Shown: positions 15,662-29,402 of the stretch, piece after piece
How the letters are laid out: each line of letters starts with the position of its first letter
Position numbering within the stretch: position 1 is the stretch's first letter
NCBI GenBank assembly: GCA_012295275.1
Contig: CM022665.1
Span: 21,886,001 to 21,950,000 of the forward strand
Direction: 5' to 3'
Length of the DNA: 64,000 nucleotides
DNA from: Chrysomallon squamiferum
Lineage: Eukaryota > Animalia > Mollusca
Notes under the pieces: model-generated
The model's input: the letters and a program-made list of their open reading frames with translations, nothing else
What the model was told of the DNA's origin: nothing
The model's database searches: none
Program-made: the position numbers and the translations under genes

Positions 15662-18600
15662 CTTTTTTTTTTAGTTTGTTAAAAAAGTCTGTCACTGCTT
15701 TCTGAAAACACTAGAATTAATGTTTATTTATGTTAATTATAAAGTAAAATAAAGTAGAATTTGAATTACCTTGTTTAGCAGTGAGACTTCTCTCTCCAGT
15801 TCAGCAATTCTTCTGTCTTTCTCTTCCAACATCTGTTTCAAGCGTTTATTTTCATCCTTTTCTTTTTCCAACAGCTGAAATATAGATAAATATAACTTTT
15901 GTTATCTTTAACAGTGCTTCAATATAAACTTATAATTTTCTTCTTACATGTAATCTGAATTTAACAATAAGAGATCTAGTAGGTTATTTTTCCTAGAAAA
16001 AGCACAGCAATTAGTATGATACATGGTCCTATAAAAAAATGTTGTAGAACACTGATTTGAACTGTATATAGTCTGATGGAAGATAACTGCAAATGTATCA
16101 CCCTGGAATAACCATTACTCCCTTTAATGGTAACTGATAAGTAACACCTTTTAAGATAATAAACAGGTCTGATTTAATAAATGACATATAAAAATACCTT
16201 CTCTACATTAGTTGTGTATTCACTCTGCTGTGGCACAAAGGGCTTTGCTCCAGGATAAGCAGATATTCTACCCTGTGCGTGCGACTGGACTGGAGAACCC
16301 GATTCATCTCGGTTACGGAACCTGTTCTGGTATGTACTATATGTACTCTCACTTCTAACATCTCTGAGCTTGCCCACATTACTCTTATCACCATCTTTAA
16401 CTGCATTCTCAGCTTCACGCGACTTTTCAGTATACCTTGACAGAACTGACGTCGTGGTTGGAGGGCAACATGACGAGGTGGATGTGGTAGAGGTGGCGGT
16501 GGAGTTTGCTTTGTTTGATTCTTGATCACTCGAGTTGGGCACATTTGAGTGGGTGAAAGACACAGTAGATTCAGGTGAGTATCTAGTGTACTTAGAAATG
16601 GCAGCAGGCCGATTGAGGTGGGAAAGATTTATTTGGGTGTCAGATGATTCTGATCGACCAATCAGAGTGAGGTTGGTTTCTGAGTGACTCACTGTGCTGT
16701 CATAGTCCTGATTGTCCTCAAGATCAGCCTCCAAGTCAGAAGGACTGAAAATATGAAGAAAAATTATTTTATACATACATACACATATACAGTACTCACA
16801 CACACAGTGACATACACATAAATACATACATTCATACATACATACACAAATTTACCTGTAGTTTGTATATATATATATATATATATATCTCACACACACA
16901 TACACACTAAAATGCGTAAAAATAATGACACATAAACACAAGCTATATTTATATCAAATGTTTTGGTCCATTCATATTTTATTATTACTCAGTACATTTA
17001 AAAGACAAAATATGGTGACTGTAACATCTTTAAAACAGAAATCATGTTGTTTTATTTTTCTCTATTAATAAAACTTAATTGATTATCTGATTGGTGTGGA
17101 ACTCCCATTTAATTTTCATTGTTTTATTAAATTTTATTTAATTATTTGCAACACACAAATATTTGTTATTTACCTCAAAAAACATTTTTTGTTTTATAAT
17201 CTCAAAATTAAATTCATAGGGATAATTCATTTTTATTTCTTTTGTTTACATTATGTAACAAATATTTATTGTTTACATAAAATAATAAATATTTACTCTT
17301 TGCAAAATGTAATCAATATTTATTTTTTGGAATTAAGCAACAGGCAGTTATTATTTGTCACACAAATATTTAATTTTGTTTTATGATTACAATATAAAAT
17401 GCTTTATTAATTAATAAGCATCAATGCAACAGCTATATTTTAAAAAACCCACATGTTATTCAATGCATCATTAGTGTTATTTAATTTTCCCATTGTATAT
17501 GTTTGTCCAGCATCCATGAAACAGTGTTAGTATTTCTAATATATAGATATATATGTGTATACTTTCAAGTTTTGTTTTTTGGGGGTTTTTTTTGGATAAA
17601 CTAGTCATGAATAATAAAGTAAGATAATTCTGTTATAAAACATTAGTTTAATTCCTTCACAATTGCAGTTCAGGCATCATCACGTTCATGGTGGATTGGA
17701 ACTGTATTTGTTTGACATTAGAAAAAGATTTTAAAAATGTCACTCTGACCTGTATCAGTGGGAGATGATTTGAAATTGCTGTTTATTTATTATGCATTGT
17801 TGTTATTTATGACTTACAACAAATAAAACATAACTTCAAAGAAAACAGAACATATTATGATATTTAGAAGAATTCATTTATCTTTTTATCATCAAAGGTA
17901 TACTTTAAAGATCAGATTTAAAAATACAAACCTCTTGTTTCTACGAGTCGTATAGCCACTGTGGCTGTGGTGTGTGTGGTGGGGATAAGATGAGTGATGA
18001 TGACTATGAGGCTGTGGATAACAACAAAACAGTTTTCTTAATATATTAACATTTAAAAAAAAAAGAAATATTATTAGCCAATTTTTCTTTAAATTTCCTT
18101 TTCAGTATAAACAGCAAAAAAAAATTTTAAAAATAAAAAGAAAGAAAGAAAGAAAAGAAAACCATTTAAAATTAAAATGGTACATTTGTTAAAATTCTAC
18201 TTTATTTTTATTTTTTTAAAGTTTCTACATTTTAAAACTAAACTAAAACAATATATTAATCACCAACTTTCTAAATATATCAGAAGATCTTTAACTAAAT
18301 ATGATTTTCCCGTGCAGTTATCTAAATGCTGACAGTTAATTTAAATATGCAACAAATGCAGGGCCATTTCTAGTTATAACTTTTATTTTAATTTATTTTT
18401 TGTTTTTATATTGGTCTTGTTTTTCAAAGCCTGACCAACATTAACAAAACGATTAAAACTCATTTTTCAACGAGTCAAACTAGTTGCAATGTAAAATACC
18501 TGCCATGAATGCTGTAAATAAAATAACTGTTTTTGACTTTAACTTCAATACATAGCTAGTAAATAAATATAAAGCCAGTTTGGTAAAATTCACTGTACAT

Positions 18601-21600
18601 GACTGTCATATACCTTCCTTGGATATATATAGATTAGGAACTTTCACATAGATTAGGAACTTTCACATAGATTAGGAACTTTCTTTAAATCATTCAGTAA
18701 GGAATAGGAACATTAATTCTAAAAATAAACCTACTAACAATATACAGTTAAGAGCTCACCTGTGTACAAAATAAAGCATTTCACTGGCCCTGAATAAAAT
18801 GAAAAAGATTTAAGCTGGTTTATACCTGTACCTCGTGATTAGTTTTGTTTTTGTCTGTGAGTTCATTAAAGGCTGTGTTCTTCTTAGTTTCCAAAGAAAC
18901 CTTATCTTCTTCATCATCATCATCTAAACTATCTCCAGTACTCTATAAATAAGAAATAAATATGAAGTAAATTTATAACATGCTTTGTTGATCTTCATAT
19001 GGAAAAAATTATTCTTTTAAAAAATAGTAATAAAAATCATTTTAAAAATATATATATATATATTAATAATAAAAATAAATTAAATAAATCATACAATAAT
19101 AAACATTTACAAAAGTACAAAATATGCTGGAAATTTTCACATGATAAAATAATTTCCACACAGAAAGAGATGTGATTCAGAAATGCCCATTTGATCTTAA
19201 TCTTCTAACATTCTATATTGTGAAAAACAATTTTACAAACAAAAAATATTTTAAATAATTTATTTCAACTGATTGCTTTTTGGAACAATATACAAATAAA
19301 ACATTACACCAATCTAAAATGAAAATGTTTTTCTTATCTAAAACAGACAAAATTTTGTAATGCACAACTAACAATATTTGGGTTTGTGGCAAGAATATGT
19401 CTATTGATATAGTTGAAATAAACACATATATTCTGCCAAAATGTCTGAAAATATACATATATTTGTCAAATTTCTCTGCTGCTTGTTCATAAATTAATTT
19501 TACAAATAATAATTTAAAAAAAATAATATTTTATTTTTGGTTAATAAGACTAAAGTCAAAAATGTTAAAATGCATTCAAGTAGAAACATGTTTTAAATGA
19601 AAAATGTGTGGATGTGTGTGTGTGTATGTGCATGTGTCTGGTATGTCTTGTTTGTTAAGCATGTTTTGTGTATGTATTAGATTTCTTTCTCTTTTCTCAT
19701 TAAATAAAAAAGTCATGCCATTTGTAAACAACAAAATATAGTCTTTCAAAGAAAAAGTATCCTTTCAGAAAATTCCACGTTAGCTATAGTGTTCACAAAT
19801 AAGGAGATGGTTTGTGAATCAAATAATTATGGCAACATACTGTTCTGTAACAGAGTTCCACTTTTCTAATACATTAAACTTCATTTTAAAAACATGTTTA
19901 TAACTTAACCAATAGAATGAAATGTCTTCAATACAGATGCGGGAGGGGGTTGGAGGGACTGGCTGTATTATTCAGCAGAATGAAATATTATATAAGCATT
20001 TTACACGTTACTTTGAGTTAATCAATAAAGGAGGTATGATAGAGATAAAAACATTTTTCTATGACAGGTTTGTGTGGGATTTTTTTTTTTTTTTTTTTTT
20101 TTAAGTTGCTGTTTAAGATTTGAAATCAAAAAAGAAAAAGTACACATGCACACAAAAGTAATATTTTAAAATAATTTTTTGAAAAAAACCTACAAAATAA
20201 GAGTTCTTGTGTTGTTTCCTAATTAAAGGAAACTAACTACAGTCTTTTTTTTTCTTTTCTTTTTTTAAACAGTAGACAATATCTTCTATACAAGACTGAA
20301 TTACTATTCTACATTTTCAGAAGCACAAGTCTCTCTTTGTTGTTGTTTTGTTTTTTGTTCTTTGCCTTTAATCATGTAATACTGTCTACAATGCATTTCA
20401 TTTAGTAATCTGACTCTTTATAGCAAAGCCACAAATAAATATTTGTTCCCCCATTTTTGTGTGTATGTGTGTGTGTGTGTTATAATTTGTTATGTATTTT
20501 GGTGAAAATCAACTATGGCAAAGTTTAGTCCATTTTACACACAATTTTCTATTCAACTCAACTATATTCTTTTTCAGCAGAAATTATCATTATACTTTCT
20601 TATTTTATTACTGAATTTCCTCAGTATACTCAGCAAATGGAGAAAAAGTTTTAGACACTAATTTTCCACCTCACTTAAGTTTCACTGAAAATGTATAGAA
20701 GGACATGGCTTTTCATACATGAATCACTAGATTTACCTATTTTGCTGCTAAAAAAAATAATAAAACAATTATATTTTATTGATTTTCAAAATTCTCTCCT
20801 TTAATATAAACAATACCCAAAGTAACTTTTTTGCATTTATATATATTTATGTGTATTGCCACAAATGTACTTTTCCACTATAGGTAGACAGGTATGTACA
20901 TGTGTGTGTGTTTGTGAATATGTCAAATCGATGTTATGTATTATGCATATATGTATAAACTATATTATTATTATTTTAATTGTCAGCCTTATATTTATTT
21001 TCAAGTATTGTTCCAAAGAGTCAACCAGGACACAGCCTGACAATGGAAAATCAAATCATTCTTAACCCACACAAATTTTATATACATGGCATTTAAAAAC
21101 AGTTCATTGTGTAAACAGTGTTACTGCTACACAATTTGTGAGTGACAGATGCAAGGAAACACCTGATTTTAATGTGCAAACATGTAGGACATTGTTATTT
21201 AACCCTTTAACAGAAACCTGTGACGACATGCTGCAAATTTACCTGCCTTACCTGAATGCAATGACAAACAGGTAAAAACTGATGATTGTGCAAAAGAATG
21301 TCATTCAAAATGTTTTGTATGCTGCAAATATCTCGGATGTTTTCTAAAGCAGTCCTGTTGATGTGTGTGTGTGTGTGTGAAATTGTATTTATTTATTTTT
21401 ATAATTGTTTATTATCTCTATTGTAAATAACAAAGACTGAGCCTAGTAATCAAGAGCAAAATATTACATTCTTAGATGGTTACATTTCCCAGCAAATACC
21501 TTTCTATGTGACTAACACTGTATTCAGCATTCCATTTGTATTTGATATACCCTTGTCAACCATTAAATACAGTTCAATTCATTTTTTTTTTCTTTCCTCA

Positions 21601-24600
21601 ATCAGTTACTAAGTATCTTCACAAACAGTAAATAAGGTGTAATCAAATATTTGCAACTTTACATAATAACACTAATATATTTATTAGTTTTTGAGACACC
21701 TACATAACTGCATTAAAAAAATACTAAGGATATGATGTGGAAAAAATTTGATACTGCTAACCGATAATTTTTTTTAATAATTACCGTATATACTTGTGTA
21801 TAAGTCAAATTTTTGGGAGACTATATTAAGGTAATATTTTGGGGGTCGACTTATACATAGGTAATGCTTTTGTAGCTGCTGCTGAAGAGTCGCCATTTTG
21901 ACTATTTTTTGCTATGGGATGCATCTAAAATAATCGCGGTCTTTCAGCTTTTCAAAAATATAATTTTATCGTATAAAAAATTTTGAAAAATTAAATAACA
22001 AAACCAAATATGAATGTAAAACATGATATTCTTCCGTTTAATGACATAAAAATACATTTTAAAGCGAGAAAACCATCAGTACGGCGTTATGCCTTATGGT
22101 GTCTTGCAATGATCTAGGAATGCAGACTTCTCTGCCAAACTGCACTAAATATCAGTCCTAATTTCATAAACAAAACCACTTGTGTAATTGTAAAGAATTT
22201 GGTGAAATAATATTGCAATCATCATTAATATCCACTACCGACAAATCCACTAAATATAACGGTAAGTTAGGTCTCCATGTTAGACCTATTACATTAAAGA
22301 GATACTATTTATGATACATTTAGGCTATAGCTCGTGTAATACATGCATTTACGTTATTATGGTATGTTCATGCAAGTTACAGCTCGTGCAAATTATGTTA
22401 CAGTAGGCGTACAATGTAGGCCTTCGTGGCACTGTCACACTGGTCTAAAAATAGTGACGGTGCCTGGAATCTACAGTCGACTTATACACAAGTAATACCT
22501 AAAATGACGCAATTGTTGGTCTTAAAATACACATTGACTTATACATAAGGTCGCCTTGTACACAAGTATATACGGTAAGTATAACTGATAATTAATACAA
22601 ACTGACAAAAGAATAGTATTACAAGTCAGCAACAACAATTTACTTTAAGAACTTTATTTCAAAATTTAAAACTGTATCAGTATACTAACAGTATCTTTGT
22701 ATAAAATCTGCCTTTTTTTTAAATAAATAAATAAAAATAATCAGTGATAACTACTTTGTTCCTAAGTTCTTAATCTTTGCCAGATCTTAACACAGCAAAA
22801 ATAAGACTAGATAATCTTTCAAAGTAATCTCTGTTAAGTACTAAATAAATTTTAGCAACATAATATTTATGTTGGACTTTCATTTAGTAACAATGTTGGA
22901 TGACTAAGTACACTCTCCTGACATAAAATATAGCTACTACACCGAAAATCTACTTTTTTATGACACTGGTATAAGCTGCCCTCAAGGCTTGTCAACGTGC
23001 ACATTCCATTCAGGATCATAAAAGAAGCAATTAGACAAATAGCAAAAATAACCCCGAGGTCACAGATTTAGATGAATTAAATAAGTCAACTCAAGCTTAG
23101 CTGCAGTTTTTAAAAATACATTTGTATATAATGACAGCTCCTATAATATGGTAATATAATTTTGTTTCTAAAGCCAGCATTAGCTTAGCTGTAGTTTTTC
23201 AAAATACCTTTATATGTAACTATATCTAGTTTAATATAATAATACAGTTTTGTTATTGTGACAATCTTTTTTTCTCTTTGTTTAAATACATATGTGATGG
23301 CTATTAGTTTAATGGAATTTGTTATTAAAGTCAGGTTAGTTACAATTATGTGTGTGTGTTATCTTGTGTAATACAGTTCTTTTTTTTAAAAGAAACTTCA
23401 GGTTAGGTATAATTTTTTTGTTTGTTTGTTTTTGTTATTAAAGCCAACTTTATCTTAGCAACATTTTGTTTTATGCATTTGTAATTTTGTATGTGTAACC
23501 AACTTCAACTTATCTAACATTTCTAATGTACCAATATTTTATAGAAAATATGCATTTATGTTGATGGTATTTAAAATGATTTTTGTTTATCTAAAGCTAG
23601 AATTATGTAAAAAATGCTATCCTTTATCAACTGGACGAGCTTTTAAAGAAAGAGAAGTTGTTCATCAAAACATACTGACATGATGAAGCATCTTAACAGT
23701 TTCTGTCTTGTATTAGTCATGGTATGAGTGGATATAAAAATACAATAACAGGTTCCTTGTTTAACAAATTTTTATAATACTCTGTGTGTGTGTGTGTGTG
23801 TGTATGTTTTATGTGAAAAATATGCACAGATAAATGAGATATTAATAACTGTTGACTGTAAAAGGAATAGTACAAGTAACAACATTATGACTAGACTGTT
23901 TAATATTAGGTTTAATATTCAGTGATCAGTATATATGACAACATACCTGAGACAGGCCCCTGTAGAAAGGTACTGAACAATCTCAGTAAACTATTTTTAT
24001 ATACTTTACATTTGGAAAGTTCATATCTGTTCTGACTTCTAGTTGATGTTACGTAACCATGAGTAACAAATTATTATTTTTTTTTTTAAATAATTAATAT
24101 TTAACTGCCAAATCAAAAATGATTTTCTTACACTTTTAGCATTTATAATTTATAAGTTCTGTGATTCTATGAATTTTAATATCATCATATCCATTTCAGA
24201 AATTTAAAATAATATTAAAAATAAATTAAATCATGCATATATATATAAATTTTATAATAACTATAAATACCTGTTTTATGTAGGTGATAAATTAATAGTT
24301 ATAATTAAAAATATATTATAACAAATTTAAAACAAATAACAATGCATGTATGTATACAATACACTTGCTCACTGTAGTTGAAGAAATATTAGTTATAATT
24401 TAAAATATAAACTAGCGTGGGTTTGCATACACTTATAATTAACTGACTGCAGATCAGGAAATAACATTCATAATTAAAAAAAAAATTAATAATAATAAAT
24501 GTAATACAACAGTAAATATAGTTGTACCTCTGTTGACTGAAGGTGAACAACACCTGTACTTCTTCTCTTTTCTCTCAACTTTCTCTTGTCTTTGGGTAGC

Positions 24601-24863
24601 TTTCCCTTGTGTAGATGGTTCGGTCTTGTTCTTTTATCTTTTGCTCTGGCTGCCGAACGCGTGGGCGAATCATGGTCTTGAAATCCCGACGGTCCCTCTC
24701 CTCCGTCACCGTTCTGATCCCGGCCCTCCCCATCTCCAGCGTCCCTGTCACCGGCCCTGTGAAGCATTCCCCTACCTCTGTGTGTTCTTATTCTGTTTCT
24801 CTGTCTGTTCAGGTCGAAATCTTCCATGTCTAAACTCTCTTGGCTAACTGAACTTGACGCCAT
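13926..24863 (-). CDS. PAWR: PRKC apoptosis WT1 regulator (Par-4) homolog, ~425 aa, 6 coding exons
   Basis: Exons 24863-24528, 18942-18826, 18011-17932, 16744-16198, 15874-15770, 14018-13926 join in frame with GT-AG sites (1278 nt). Contains the Par-4 SAC-domain motif KRKLREKRRSTGVV and a C-terminal coiled coil/leucine zipper (LLEKEKDENKRLKQMLEEKDRRIAELEREVSLLNKEMDDLEDLNIQLEEEKSALIRSLSQL). Confidence 0.88.
18629..18683. repeat. 19-bp tandem repeat x~3
   Basis: ATAGATTAGGAACTTTCAC repeated nearly three times in PAWR intron 2. Confidence 0.85.
21784..22575. mobile_element. Non-autonomous Tc1/mariner-pogo (Tigger-like) DNA transposon, ~790 bp
   Basis: Terminal inverted repeats CCGTATATACTTGTGTA(T/C)AAG flanked by TA on both sides; subterminal GTCGACTTATACA repeats; no long ORF; CpG-richer than the surrounding intron. 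Confidence 0.88.
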
Positions 24864-25240
24864 TTTGGTGAAGTAAAAAACACAACAGCGTTAAAAACAA
24901 AAAGGACAATCAGTTCACCGACAACAACAGCTGAAACCAACATAGATTACTGAACATGTCAGTAATTACCGAAAGCGGCAAGTTGAGTATATTTGTTCGT
25001 TTGATCGCACTTCACAAGTTGTCGGTAAAGTCATAAACAAGTGACAAGTTGTATTCGCCCATGAACGAGCCTCACTTTCGATATAACTGCCAAGTATGAT
25101 GTCACCTTTTTCCTTCTTCTTCGTCTTCCCTGACTGTTGGTGTGTAGAAATCAAGACAATTTGCAGCAATCCACCGGTGCAAAAAGAACGGCGATTGGGG
25201 ATCATATATATCCAAAAACAGACGCCTTCATAGAATAACA
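24860..25240 (-). promoter_or_regulatory. CpG-retaining PAWR 5' UTR/promoter region
   Basis: Local rise in CG dinucleotides upstream of the ATG; start context AAAATGGCG is also a YY1-type motif. Confidence 0.5.
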
Positions 25241-25416
25241 AAAAAAAAATTAAAAAAAATAAATAGAAACAAAATAATAATAAGAGTACGGATAAAAATG
25301 TAAAATAATATATATATATGTTTTAAATATGTGTATAGCTAGGAATATTATTTAAAACTATGCGTGTCTCTAGACCTGTCTGGCATTTAAACTATATACC
25401 TAATTCTAAATTATTT

Positions 25417-25449
<33 letters not shown>

Positions 25450-25749
25450 TAACAAACAAAAATATTAGTGATTCAGTGTTATGAATTATAAACCATGGTT
25501 CGTCTAAAAACACCGGTTAACTTAGCCAACTTTAACGAAAATAATTTTATGGACTTGAAATTTAAATGCAATACTTATTCTGTAAATAAATACAGTTTCT
25601 TGAATGAAACGTTACAGGGGACTATTATGGTGTTACCAGGTTTAACAGTGTTTTGGTTTGGCTTCATAAAACCGTCGTTAAAAGTGTATTATTTTTTTAT
25701 CACTTAAATACAGTTTAGTTGTTTACAGTTCATTGTTTATTTTATGTTC

Positions 25750-25752
<3 letters not shown>

Positions 25753-25812
<60 letters not shown>
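25753..25812. repeat. (AT)n microsatellite
   Basis: About 30 uninterrupted AT units. Confidence 0.95.
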
Positions 25813-25815
<3 letters not shown>

Positions 25816-26199
25816 GCCTTCATACTGTATGATGAGTGTGACTTGATAAGCCGTTTTATTTCTACTGCTGGCTGACCAAAGACACAGGCTCTCATGTCTG
25901 TTGTGGTCAATTAATTGTGTAACTCCATCCGACAATACGGTATTTCACTAGGACAGCTGGTATTGGGTATTCCCGATCCTTGATTTATTATTATTATTAT
26001 TATTATTATTTAAAGATAACAAAACATAATAATCACCATTTCCTGATGCAATATAGCAGGTCTCCTGACCTGTCTAGTTTGGGGATATGCAAAGATTGGA
26101 GAGCTTTGGAAGAAGTGTTTTTATTACATTAAGAACTTTTGTTCACCAAGAAAAATTCTAATCCTGATCTGAATTAAATTCATTTGTCAGCCTTTAAAG

Positions 26200-26497
26200 C
26201 AGTCAAGGGCAAACTGAAGCTCGCTCAGCTTTATGAGTGGCCCGCCTAATTTCACAAGGAAAATAACATTAATTCAAATTTTATAAAATGAGTCTATTTT
26301 GTATCCACTAATACATTAAAAAAAAAAAAACATGTACTTTTTTTTATTATAACAGTTCCTGAAGTAAACAAAAAAGAAAAATTTCTTAAAATAAACTACG
26401 TAAACACATAAAATTGCCTAAATTAGTACCTGCGGCCCGCCTGAGGATGAGCCATGTCTCATGTGGCCTGCTTCTTGAAAAAGGTTGCCCATGCCTG
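26200..26497. mobile_element. hAT-superfamily (Charlie/Buster-like) MITE, ~300 bp
   Basis: Left end CAGTCAAGGGCAAAC versus reverse complement of right end CAGGCATGGGCAACC; 8-bp target-site duplication CTTTAAAG / CTGTAAAG (7 of 8 match); internal GGCCCGC motifs. Confidence 0.75.
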
Positions 26498-29402
26498 CTG
26501 TAAAGTATCATACTGGGAGCACGTGTATGTTAATTTAATAGAAATACTTATTGCACAATTGGAGTAGTTATAACTAATAACATGATAATTAAATACATAC
26601 ATATACAGAAGATATTTTGGATAAATAATATTTCGTCCATTGTGGGTTTCTTTCACGGATGGTAGAGTAACTTGATTTGGCATTAGCATGGCAATTAGGA
26701 TCTTTTGACCAGCATGCACAATGTTTCATTTAAATGTGAGGAATTTCGACCTGGGCAAAACATCGTATAAAACGTGTCTTAAACACTTCATATATTTTAT
26801 GGGTTATCATTTCCCATTTCAAATGTTGTTTTGTAACTGCCAATGAAGCGCTGTGAGGATGCAGTGCACTTTAGTGAGTGTAACGCCTCGTCATAATTAA
26901 CCCATAGGAGTAACTTAATAAATGGTGGCATCTTCTTTTTTTCTTCCCCACCCCGAGTTATTAAAAACGATTGGACAAGCCGATTTTCAAAGGTGGAACA
27001 TAATGTAATGCTGATGATGATGGTGGTGATAACGATAATGTCTAATGATAATGAAAATTAATTTTTAATATTCTATTTGTTTCAGTTTGAACTGCTTTGC
27101 ATTCTACAGAATGAGAACAGCAACTGGCAGGATTTGTGTTCAGTAAGATAGCAGCAAAAAGACGCTGCAATTCTTAATATATAGACACAATGTTGTTTCA
27201 TTTCAGTTTTTAATTTAAACAATACTGTTTGCTCATGAATAACTGACATAGTAAATCCTATTTTATTAATATTGTTTTAATAACATAATATTTGTCATGT
27301 GGCTGGTGTTGTGGGGGTGTACAAGATGAAGAAAAGTGATTTTTTGTAAGGGAGATTGGGATACTTGAAGTAGGTAATATATACTTAAGGACAGAGAGAG
27401 AGAGATTTAACTGAATTAATGGACTTTCAACATTTTAATAACAAAATCAAAAACTTTACAAATATTTATTAACAAAAACAAATAAAATCTGCCACTTAGC
27501 TAAACTCTTATGCTAAGGCATTACAGTTATGAAAATGATCCAGTGATAAATCAAAACTGAATATGACATCAACAGTTTATTTTTATTTTTAATTGAAATA
27601 ATACTGTTGATACCCTCTCCAAACACCCCACCACCACCACATTATTATTATTATTATTATTATTATTACTTAAGTTACTTTTGTTTTTCTGAGAACATTA
27701 TAATTTGATTACTGGAAATAATTTTACAATTTGACAGAAATTACTATTTCTAAAGTTTGTCAAGTAATATTGTTTTTCCCCACCCCACTATTAAATATAT
27801 GCATGGACACACAAATTTTAAAGATGTACACAGCCGTATTTTTTTATTGTCATCACTGATATTTGTTTGTTTCTTTTCCCGTGTAATATACCCATCTTTA
27901 TGCATGCCTAGAAAACAATATGTATTTTGTATTTTAAAGTGGTACATAAAGCTGTTAATGTAAATAAAATGGCGTTCATTGTTCTTTTTATATTAGTTTT
28001 TAGTGCTCTTTATATATTTAATACACATGAAATATAAATTTGTTTTTAAAATGTCTTATATTATTTAAAATATAAAAGAAGTTTCTGCTAATTATTATAT
28101 ATTTTTCTCTGGTGTAACTGCAACAAAGGTAATTAAGTGGAAAATAGTTCATAGGTTTGATCTGTCCAGTGCTATCAAATAACAAATCTAATAAAATTAT
28201 TCATGGTTATTTTCTTTAACATTTAACAAAAACGTAAAACAAAAATACAAAATTTTGCTATGCTGTAACAAACAGATGGGAGCAAAGTGCAGAAAGTAAG
28301 TATCTGATTTTTGGTGTATCAGCAACACATAAGTAATATTAACTAATTTATATTCTTGGACATTTATATATTTTTTCTTTTATATAATATTAAGATAAAA
28401 TGAAAAGCTAAATCAAAAGCATTCAAAAGTTATCCAAGTATTATAATCTGAATGAAATTCTTACTAATAATCAAAACCACACAATTATGGCAATATCAAA
28501 ATAATAAAAATTATAATAATTAAGATTTATAAAACTCAGCAAAACAAAGACAATTATTTTCTTGAAACTTACATCATACATAACAAAAATTTTACTTGAC
28601 AGTTAAAAAAGAAAAGAAAACAAAAATCTAATGAATCCTTGATAAAGTATGATTACAAACTGTTGTGAAACTAAGAATAAAAAATATTAATAAACATGCA
28701 AGATGAAAAATGTTTTCCAAATTTTTTAATAGATCAGACCATAAAATCACTTAAGTAATATTTTTTATAAGGTACCAACTGTAAAAATGAAAATAAAAAA
28801 CAAATATTATTAAAAATATTTTTCTTAATGATCTCTATAAATATTATGAACTGATTAAAAATCTGAATGAATATAAGGATGAAAAAACAACAAAAGAAAA
28901 AAACACCAAAACTATTTTAGCAATAAACTTTAAAAAAACACTCTACTTTCATCAGCTTGTAATAAAATTAAATTATATTTTTAAATACTTCTCACTGTAT
29001 TTTCTAAATCAACAATTTCTATAGGGTTTTTTTGTTGTAAATTTCCAAATCTGCAGTTTCAGAAATTGTAAATCATAAAAGAAAAACCACAGTGTCAATT
29101 CAAAAGGGATGTTATTTCAAACTTTAGTCGCTTTCAAACTGCTAAAAAAACAAAAACAAAAAAAAACCTTTAGAAATTCTTGAAAATTGTGAAATGTATT
29201 TAAAAATACAATTATTTTTAGTACAAGCAAGTCACATAATCTTTATAAAGAACAAAATAGAAAAACCAAATGCTAAAGAACATGAGAAAGTGAAAAACAT
29301 TTGTACTGAAATTTAAAAACCAATCAAAAACTAAAAAATGTTCTTCAATTGAAGAAAACTGCTTTAAACTGTAAATAAACTGTTACATTTCTCAGTAAAA
29401 AT

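Noticed and set aside
18760-18790. 30-nt AG/GT-bounded segment just after PAWR exon 2
   Set aside because: Would need a 35-41 nt intron and contains an in-frame TGA.
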